Source of the DNA: Octopus bimaculoides
Lineage: Eukaryota
DNA length: 36,542 bases
Assembly (NCBI RefSeq): GCF_001194135.2
Contig: NC_068982.1
Location: 150,453,149-150,489,690, forward strand
Direction of reading: 5' to 3'
The position numbers and the translations under genes are program-made. Shown here in pieces: positions 32,901 to 36,542 of this stretch (position 1 is its first letter; each line of letters opens with the position of its first letter). The notes under the pieces are model-generated. The model did not search any database. It saw nothing but the letters and a program-made list of their open reading frames with translations, and had not been told where the DNA came from.

Positions 32901-35576
32901 ACACAAGATTATCCATTCTGTCATCGAAGGAGGGAATATTTTATTTAATTTTGGAGGAGGCGTATCAATCTTACTCATGGTGACAATCGACTCGACGCGA
33001 GAGGCAGGTAACTCAAAACACATGACATTTTATTTGGAATCTACAAATTTCCTTTCACCCTCTAGAATTTTTTTGTCGGACGCCCAGTCGATTCTGCCAA
33101 TTCCACTGCTTATTTCCCACTACTATTTCTCATTCGCACTAGGCTGTGTTTGTTCAACCGATCAGCCTTGATCGAACAAACCTGTAACCGAAAACATTCC
33201 AGCATCGATGTGAAGGGAACTAATGTATCTTTTTGGAAGACGGGGGCGTGAGATTTGGGAGTAATTTGGCTGCTTTTCTAGCAGGTCAGCGACCCCGCAG
33301 TAGTTTCTACGTTGGCTCCACACATCGTGGTATATAGCCGATTAAATAAATCCTACAGCACATGAGTGGAAAGTAATTCTATAAGCTTCCACAAATGTAG
33401 TGACGGTTTGAAAAAGTTAGTTGATCATAGCCGGGTTTGCTTTACGACAGCGAGAAAAACTAAATCATGATAATGCAAACCAAAACATTTCATTACTTTG
33501 GAGCACCAATAGCGTTCCACTACCATTAAAGGAGTAATAGTAATTATGGTTTCAAATTTTGACAAAAGGCCAGCATATTTTAGTGAGAGGTGGGGTTGTC
33601 CATTTCATTGCCTCAAATGCTCAACTGGTACTTATTTTATCGACAAAGAAACGATGAAAGGCGAAGTCGACTACGGCGGAACGTAATGTATAAAAACCGT
33701 TTGTGAGGTGTAGGTTTTGTTAGTGTGCAGTAACAGGGAATCGAAACCACGCATTGCATAACATGGAACAAGGCTTGGAGTTTGTTACACAGGAGCGCAG
33801 TCTGAAAAAAGTGACGAGCACATGGTAGAAAAATAGAGAACAATGCAATGTGTGCATGTTATATAACTCGAGGTAAGTTGGTCGTATACAAACGAATCGA
33901 GCGTACATCTACGCAATATTTAATAGACTAGAATGACAGTCTCCCTCTAATCACACTATCGACCTCAGGTAACATTGGATTAAGTAGTACTAAATGCACA
34001 CTAGATGAAACGAGCTAACAATCCTCTTGTACGTTCAAGACTACACCATCTTTAATATGTGTGGTGAAACTGAGATGGCAAGCAGGTAAAGAAGATTTTT
34101 TTAAAAATGCTTTAAAAGGTCGCTCGACCTGCTGAAAAGCGAGGCTAAACCATCCTAAAATTACATTCTACAGTCTTAAAAAAAAACAGAAAGGACTTGT
34201 GAGATGTGGTTCTAGATACACTATATCTAAAAGAAAGGCAGCATGATCAGAGTTGGAAATTTTATAATAGATCTGCTCCGTCTATATATAAAAATAAACA
34301 TAGTAATAGGAATAAAATAGTAAAAAAAAAAACAGGATTTTTAAAAAGAAAATATAAAATAAATCAAAAACTTGTAAAATATCAAAAAAATAAAGCGAAG
34401 ACAATGGTGATTATGAAGTATCCTGGCACTTTTTCGTTAGTTCTCCGCATTTCAAATCGATGGATATTTCTTTGAGACAGTAAGTGGCATAGCGAACATC
34501 TACCATCCCCACAATTTTGCCTTGATTTGCTCAAATCATGATCACATGTAGTTCATGAAAACAGTCGGAAATATATTCGTTGAGAAACAATTCCAATGTC
34601 TTCAAAAAAAATTTTATGTGGTCATTGATCGAAGTTTTCAAAAAATTTTCAGTAAGTTATAAAAATGTAGTAAGTAGACAGTCACATTTCGTTATGTCAA
34701 AAGGGTTAAATCATTAACATGACAAGACAGAAGATGCTGTGGTCACGCAAATTGCTAGAAGTAGCAACCAAATCTACCTCAAATTATTATTCCAAAAAAG
34801 GACACATCTGATAATGTAGTTTTAGACATTCTATGAAGAGACAGGATGGCTATGGTTGGAACGCCTTTGCTCAAGCTCCGTTTTATTAAGCCAAGAGGAC
34901 TCTTACGAAATACACAGCTTATATATATATATATATATATACACATACACACATATATTATACATGCACATACATGAAGTCTAAACTAGAGGAATATTTT
35001 TCCCCCCAAAGTGTATTTTATTTTGGTGTTTCAATATGAAAATATTTTTAGATAACAAAAAAGTGAAAATAAAAAAAACAAAAACAAAACTTCAGTCTTT
35101 CAATAACATTCCACAAGAACAAAATTAAAATGAAAGCTTTCCTAGAATTGAAAGGAAGAAAAAAAAGCGAAACCTATCGAGGTTTTATCAGAGGATAAAA
35201 TCATGTTTTAATTACAGAGCATTTCAACATAGTACGTAAAGCTCCAGTGATGTTTTAAATTCAAATCTCTCTCTTTTTGAATAAAATTTATACGTGCATA
35301 TTACACAAATGCGAAGATTATGTTGGTGATATAGATATAAATATAGTGTAGTTTGAGCGGTAAACAGGTAACAGAGCAGCCATATTGTAAAGTGTCTGAC
35401 CTACATAGAGACACACACGTTTAGATTAGTCTTTGTACTCGGCTAGCATGTTTTTAAACGACCGATTACCGTACAATCTACATAAAAGGACACTGCAGGG
35501 CAGACATAAGAAAAATGACCAGTGAATAAGAGATAGTTTTTTGTCTTTTTACCTTAAAGAACCCTGCATCCGTCAT
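4211..35576 (-). CDS. SRRM1: Serine/arginine repetitive matrix protein 1 (SRm160), 15 coding exons, ~1040 aa (join of exons listed separately)
   Basis: Spliced translation starts MTDAGFFK|GTTAEQDNRFADKKKKLLKSMKFADGLEKK|VDMNKVNVETLKPWISQRITELLGIEDDVIVEFVYNQLEDK|QQPDPKDIQINLTGFLNPKNARIFMQELWDLLISAQDNVSGIPTKFLEQKKEEIKKRQ (PWI domain, closely matching the SRRM1 N-terminus as I recall it). It continues through RS/SP-rich exons, a QQRRHY...SSSSEDE motif, a poly-K/KKHKKH tract and C-terminal LEQLLREKALQSL. Exon lengths 24+90+123+174+110+165+186+435+100+148+169+84+1060+108+147 = 3123 nt; all phases match. Confidence 0.95.
4695..4880 (-). mobile_element. SINE family A copy
   Basis: (CAT)n then CCGTTTTCCATGC...GGCTGGATACCCTTCCTAACACC. 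Confidence 0.8.
7172..7279 (-). CDS. SRRM1: SRRM1 exon 14 (108 nt, K11 and KKHKKH tract)
   Basis: ctttttag|GGA TCC GAC...GAA GAG|gtttgt; GSDSDAATKKKKKKKKKKKHKKHKKHKHKKGKEEEE. Confidence 0.92.
7452..8511 (-). CDS. SRRM1: SRRM1 exon 13 (1060 nt, RS/SP-rich)
   Basis: tttctatag|G AGT CCA CCT...TCT GAG|gtttgt; lies within ORF 7404..8552 (382 aa). Confidence 0.93.
8684..8767 (-). CDS. SRRM1: SRRM1 exon 12 (84 nt)
   Basis: ttttcag|C TAT CCA TAT...AAA AG|gtcagc; phase 2/2. Confidence 0.87.
8923..8981 (+). repeat. 37-nt copy of exon-13 sequence flanked by a 13-bp direct repeat
   Basis: 8935-8971 matches 7545-7581 at 35/37; TGGAGAGACTAAT at 8923-8935 and 8969-8981. Confidence 0.9.
8987..9290. mobile_element. 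hAT (Charlie-like) MITE, 288 bp with 8-bp TSD
   Basis: Termini CAGTGGGTCTCAA (8995) and TTGAGAACCCTTG (ends 9282); subterminal GGGGTCCAT at both ends; flanks ACCTAGAC / ATATAGAC (6/8). Confidence 0.75.
9517..9685 (-). CDS. SRRM1: SRRM1 exon 11 (169 nt)
   Basis: ttctag|AA GAA TCT CGA...TCA CC|gtaagt; phase 1/2. Confidence 0.9.
11039..11186 (-). CDS. SRRM1: SRRM1 exon 10 (148 nt)
   Basis: ttcatag|GAT AAT AAG...CAC A|gtaatt; GIQQRRHYRTHEDTVESSTSSSSEDEE resembles the vertebrate VQQRRQYRR...SSSSEDE motif; phase 0/1. Confidence 0.9.
13330..13506. mobile_element. piggyBac-like MITE
   Basis: TTAA|CCCTTTGATAC ... GTATCCTAAGGG|TTAA: TTAA duplication with CCCTT/AAGGG termini. Confidence 0.7.
14005..14270 (+). 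mobile_element. Degenerate SINE (family B head plus family A tail)
   Basis: GGTCCCACTG...GGGCAAGTGCTTTCTACTATAGCC...GATTTGGCAGACAGAAA, then CCATGCAAACATGGAGAAGCAGACGTTAAAATGGCGATGAGGATG. Confidence 0.6.
14273..14690 (+). mobile_element. 5' fragment of a second mariner element
   Basis: TA|TTGGGTTGGCAACTAAG TIR-like start. From ATG 14425: MGCQVKKNEHF*HLLLFAFNQGSKAA...YGEGAITERTAHDWYA, then after a deletion RPVEFDEERLNQLL...QTTRELAEKMEC (mariner HTH region). No right TIR seen. Confidence 0.85.
16418..16597 (-). other. Candidate PTC-containing cassette exon in intron 9
   Basis: Perfect donor AAG|GTAAGT at 16417; candidate acceptors at 16598 (AGA CAC TGC TGA) or 16558, both giving stops in frame with exon 9. 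Confidence 0.4.
17715..17913 (-). other. Candidate PTC-containing (poison) cassette exon in intron 9
   Basis: ATCTTTTTCCAG|GCC TGT CTT CAT AAG AAT TTC TAA ... CGG|GTAAGT; 199 nt, in-frame stop at codon 8. Confidence 0.5.
18239..18400. repeat. (TA)n/(CA)n microsatellite containing a 74-N assembly gap (18290-18363)
   Basis: Seen directly. Confidence 0.98.
18692..18791 (-). CDS. SRRM1: SRRM1 exon 9 (100 nt, poly-Ser)
   Basis: ttaccag|G TCT CCA AGC...AGA AGG|gtaagt; SPSSSSVSSSSSESSSSSSS; phase 2/0. Confidence 0.9.
19400..20625 (+). mobile_element. Decayed, 5'-truncated LINE (RTE-like) reverse-transcriptase remnant, antisense to SRRM1
   Basis: Frameshifted fragments LERSNYRGMKLLDQ, FTDLEKPYDRVPCSVVWW, VHQG, PWKFLYTPDLVLTAES (decayed YADD) and Cys-rich QCKLWINK*CSEIT. 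Confidence 0.82.
20631..20695. repeat. (TA)n(CA)n microsatellite at the LINE 3' end
   Basis: Seen directly. Confidence 0.95.
20940..21200 (-). mobile_element. Possible decayed LINE 3' remnant
   Basis: GC-richer, pyrimidine-skewed stretch resembling LINE 3' ends; no clean motif could be translated. Confidence 0.3.
21734..21874 (+). mobile_element. SINE family A copy (degenerate)
   Basis: GGTTGGCATTAG...CATCCAG...TGTCCAACCCATGCCAACATGGAA...ATAATGATG. Confidence 0.7.
22421..22476 (-). mobile_element. SINE family A 3' end
   Basis: (ATC)n GTTTAACGTCCGCTTTCCATGCTAGCATGGGTTGGACA. Confidence 0.85.
22889..24260 (+). repeat. Dispersed 44-nt direct repeat (22889-22932 and 24217-24260)
   Basis: TAATTTTCTATATTAGGT(C/G)ACCACTTATTTATGTTTATGTAACT, 43/44 identical. 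Confidence 0.9.
24313..24747 (-). CDS. SRRM1: SRRM1 exon 8 (435 nt, RRSPSPRK repeats)
   Basis: cctcag|A TCT CCT TCA...AGG AG|gtaaga; within ORF 24309..24797. Confidence 0.93.
24848..25033 (-). CDS. SRRM1: SRRM1 exon 7 (186 nt)
   Basis: aaatag|C AAT GAA GAT...AGC AG|gtaaca; within ORF 24844..25092; phase 2/2. Confidence 0.9.
25254..25418 (-). CDS. SRRM1: SRRM1 exon 6 (165 nt)
   Basis: U30-tract ccatctctag|A TCA AGA AGC...GAT AT|gtaagt; RS-rich; phase 2/2. Confidence 0.9.
25627..25708 (-). mobile_element. SINE family A fragment
   Basis: GCTTTCCATGTTAGCATGGGTTG...CAGCTGAATGCCCTTCC. Confidence 0.7.
26170..26527 (-). mobile_element. tRNA-derived SINE family B, near full length
   Basis: Minus-strand head ATAGGTGCAAGCATGACTGTGTAGTAAGAAGC...GGGTTCAGTCCCACTG (A/B-box-like), body GGGCAAGTGTCTTC...GGATTTGGTAGACAGAAACTGAAAGAAGC, tail GACTGAAACAAATAAAAGAATA. 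Partial copies at ~30190-30306 and ~31100-31233. Confidence 0.85.
26576..26685 (-). CDS. SRRM1: SRRM1 exon 5 (110 nt)
   Basis: aactag|GCT GAA CAG GAA CGG...GAT AG|gtgagc; AEQERIQAGLRKQEEHMKD...; ends in phase 2. Confidence 0.92.
26878..27051 (-). CDS. SRRM1: SRRM1 exon 4 (174 nt, PWI)
   Basis: ccatag|CAA CAG CCA GAT...CGT CAG|gtaggt; QINLTGFL...ELWDLLISAQ. An alternative acceptor 6 nt inside (27045) is possible. Confidence 0.93.
27561..27585. repeat. (TA)n microsatellite
   Basis: Seen directly. Confidence 0.95.
28395..28553 (+). mobile_element. SINE family A copy (degenerate)
   Basis: GGTGTTAGCAGGAAGCATCCAGCCTTAGAAAC...CATGCCAGCAT...AAATGATGATGAT. Confidence 0.6.
28800..29070 (+). mobile_element. 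Possible Helitron RepHel remnant
   Basis: Frame-shifting fragments HVVYTTF..VAH.W.SDDQ and DGTGKAFII...VRG resemble the Helitron VVYxTF..A.G.LEDD and GGTGKT (Walker A) segments; weak. Confidence 0.35.
29324..29446 (-). CDS. SRRM1: SRRM1 exon 3 (123 nt, PWI)
   Basis: ttttag|GTT GAT ATG...GAC AAA|gtaagt; contains the PWI signature KPWI. Confidence 0.96.
29875..29906. repeat. (GA)n microsatellite
   Basis: Seen directly. Confidence 0.95.
30742..30831 (-). CDS. SRRM1: SRRM1 exon 2 (90 nt, PWI)
   Basis: ttgtag|GGA ACC ACT...GAG AAA AAG|gtaaat; GTTAEQDNRFADKKKKLLKSMKFADGLEKK. Confidence 0.95.
31700..31755. repeat. Perfect 23-bp inverted repeat, 10-nt loop
   Basis: TCAAACATTTTGTAAATATTTCA-aagatatatc-TGAAATATTTACAAAATGTTTGA. 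Confidence 0.95.
33620..33690 (-). mobile_element. SINE family C fragment
   Basis: AACTGGTACTTATTTTATCGAC...GATGAAAGGCGAAGTCGACTACGGCGGAA is the reverse complement of the central part of the 36169 element. Confidence 0.7.
35553..35576 (-). CDS. SRRM1: SRRM1 coding exon 1 (MTDAGFFK)
   Basis: ATG ACG GAT GCA GGG TTC TTT AAG|GTAAAA; A at -3; matches the MDAGFFR start of SRRM1 orthologues. Confidence 0.9.
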
Positions 35577-35745
35577 GATTGCGGTATTTATGCAGCTTCT
35601 ATCTAGAGAACGTGCAAAAAATCCCAGGCAAGAAATTACCCACAATGCATTTGTATGTTGCTATTAGTACACAGTTTCCAGTGGTTATCTACTCCTGTTA
35701 TCTCCTCATCTCTTAAGGGGGAACCACTATTTGCATACACGTGTG
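35577..35745 (-). promoter_or_regulatory. SRRM1 5' region (5'UTR/promoter or the end of a 5'UTR intron)
   Basis: Octamer ATTTGCAT at 35729-35736, E-box CACGTG at 35738-35743, CpG-retaining context. Also an acceptor-like TTTTTTGCACGTTCTCTAG 26 nt before the ATG. TSS not determinable. Confidence 0.35.
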
Positions 35746-35777
35746 TACTTTTAATCTTTTAACGTTGTGTAGTAATA

Positions 35778-35780
<3 letters not shown>

Positions 35781-35839
<59 letters not shown>
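35781..35839. repeat. (TA)n microsatellite upstream of coding exon 1 (shorter ones at 34920-34941 and 36411-36428)
   Basis: Seen directly. Confidence 0.95.
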
Positions 35840-35840
<1 letters not shown>

Positions 35841-36003
35841 TTTATTTAAAAGCAGCAGAAATATAACAAAAAAACTGTTACTCTGAGTTTCACGTTCCCC
35901 TTCATCGGACAGTTTTGTTAGAAACCTCTCTCTCAACTATAAATATATATAGGTTTGGTCTTGCAAACAGGAAAATAGAACTCAAAGCATGAGTATATAT
36001 ATA

Positions 36004-36168
36004 TTTACTAATATTTAGCAGAAGCAACAGAGAGTCTCAAGAGGCGAGAGTTTCGTGCGTTAGTACTTATTTGATAAGTTTCGTGTGTTGGCACTTATTT
36101 GGTAAGTGTTAATGCACGAAACTCTCGCCTTTTGACTCTCTCAGTTTATCTACTAAATGTTAATAAAA
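36004..36168. repeat. Foldback/palindromic element (~165 nt)
   Basis: AGGCGAGAGTTTCGTGCGTTAGTACTTA (36042-36069) pairs with TAAGTGTTAATGCACGAAACTCTCGCCT (36103-36130), 25/28; the outer arms also pair imperfectly. Confidence 0.8.
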
Positions 36169-36395
36169 GGCGGCGTGCTGGCAGAAACGTTAGCACGCTG
36201 GGCGAAATGCTTAGCGGTATTTCGTCTGCCGTTACGTACTGAGTTCAAATTCCACCGAGGTCGACTTTGCGTTTCATCGTTTCGGGGTCTATTAAGTACC
36301 AGTTACGCACTGGGGCAGGTGTAATCGACTTAATCCCTTTGTCTGTCCTTGTTTGTCCCCTCTACGTTTAGCCCCCTGTGCGCAATAAATAAATA
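36169..36395 (+). mobile_element. tRNA-derived SINE family C, full length
   Basis: GGCGGCGTGCTGGCAGAAACGTTAG (A-box-like), GAGTTCAAATTCC at 36241 (B-box-like), AATAAATAAATA tail; CpGs intact. Confidence 0.85.
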
Positions 36396-36427
36396 TTAAT
36401 AAAATACACGTATATATATATATATAT

Positions 36428-36542
36428 ATCATCATCATCATCATTTAACGTCCGTTTTCCATGGGGACTGGCAAACCAGATGGCTACACCAGACTCCACT
36501 CTGATCTGGCAGAGTTTCTACAGCTGGATGCCCTTCCTAATG
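36428..36542 (-). mobile_element. SINE family A copy, cut by window end, with a ~27-nt internal deletion
   Basis: (CAT)n TTAACGTCCGTTTTCCATG|GGGACTGG...CAGCTGGATGCCCTTCCTAA. Confidence 0.85.

Noticed and set aside
11187-35552. Intronic C/D or H/ACA snoRNAs
   Set aside because: The TGATGA motifs seen are SINE tails or lack a properly spaced CTGA and terminal stem; none could be supported by eye.
36169-36260. tRNA gene
   Set aside because: It has A/B-box-like motifs but no cloverleaf, and it continues into a SINE body and tail.
1-36542. CRISPR array, prokaryotic operon or defence system
   Set aside because: The sequence is a spliced eukaryotic locus with no regularly spaced repeat-spacer structure.

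Overview
AT-rich, microsatellite- and SINE-rich animal genomic DNA. The repeat families look like those of octopus/coleoid cephalopods (recognised from memory, not by search). The window holds one protein-coding gene on the minus strand: SRRM1 (SRm160; N-terminal PWI domain, long RS/SP region, Lys-rich tract, C-terminal LxxxLREKALxS motif). I reconstructed 15 coding exons by hand (35576 down to 4211). All introns are GT-AG and phase-consistent, totalling 3123 nt = 1040 aa + stop. Introns and flanks carry mariner, Tigger-like, hAT and piggyBac-like DNA-transposon derivatives, a decayed RTE-type LINE and three SINE families. The most striking unexplained signal is in intron 9 (11187-18691). It has a strand-specific cluster of consensus 5' splice-site hexamers (9 GTRAGT in 2.7 kb; none on the other strand), several PTC-containing cassette candidates, twin 12-nt microexon candidates and a donor caged in a hairpin. 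This resembles an autoregulatory decoy/poison-exon module. Other highlights: overlapping donors 4 nt apart at exon 13 (possible NMD switch), a templated insertion of exon-13 sequence into intron 11 with a 13-bp duplication, a perfect 23-bp hairpin in intron 1, and a sharp CpG-depletion boundary near 32.4 kb. No bacterial/phage-type system, tRNA, rRNA or CRISPR array is present. All counts were made by eye.
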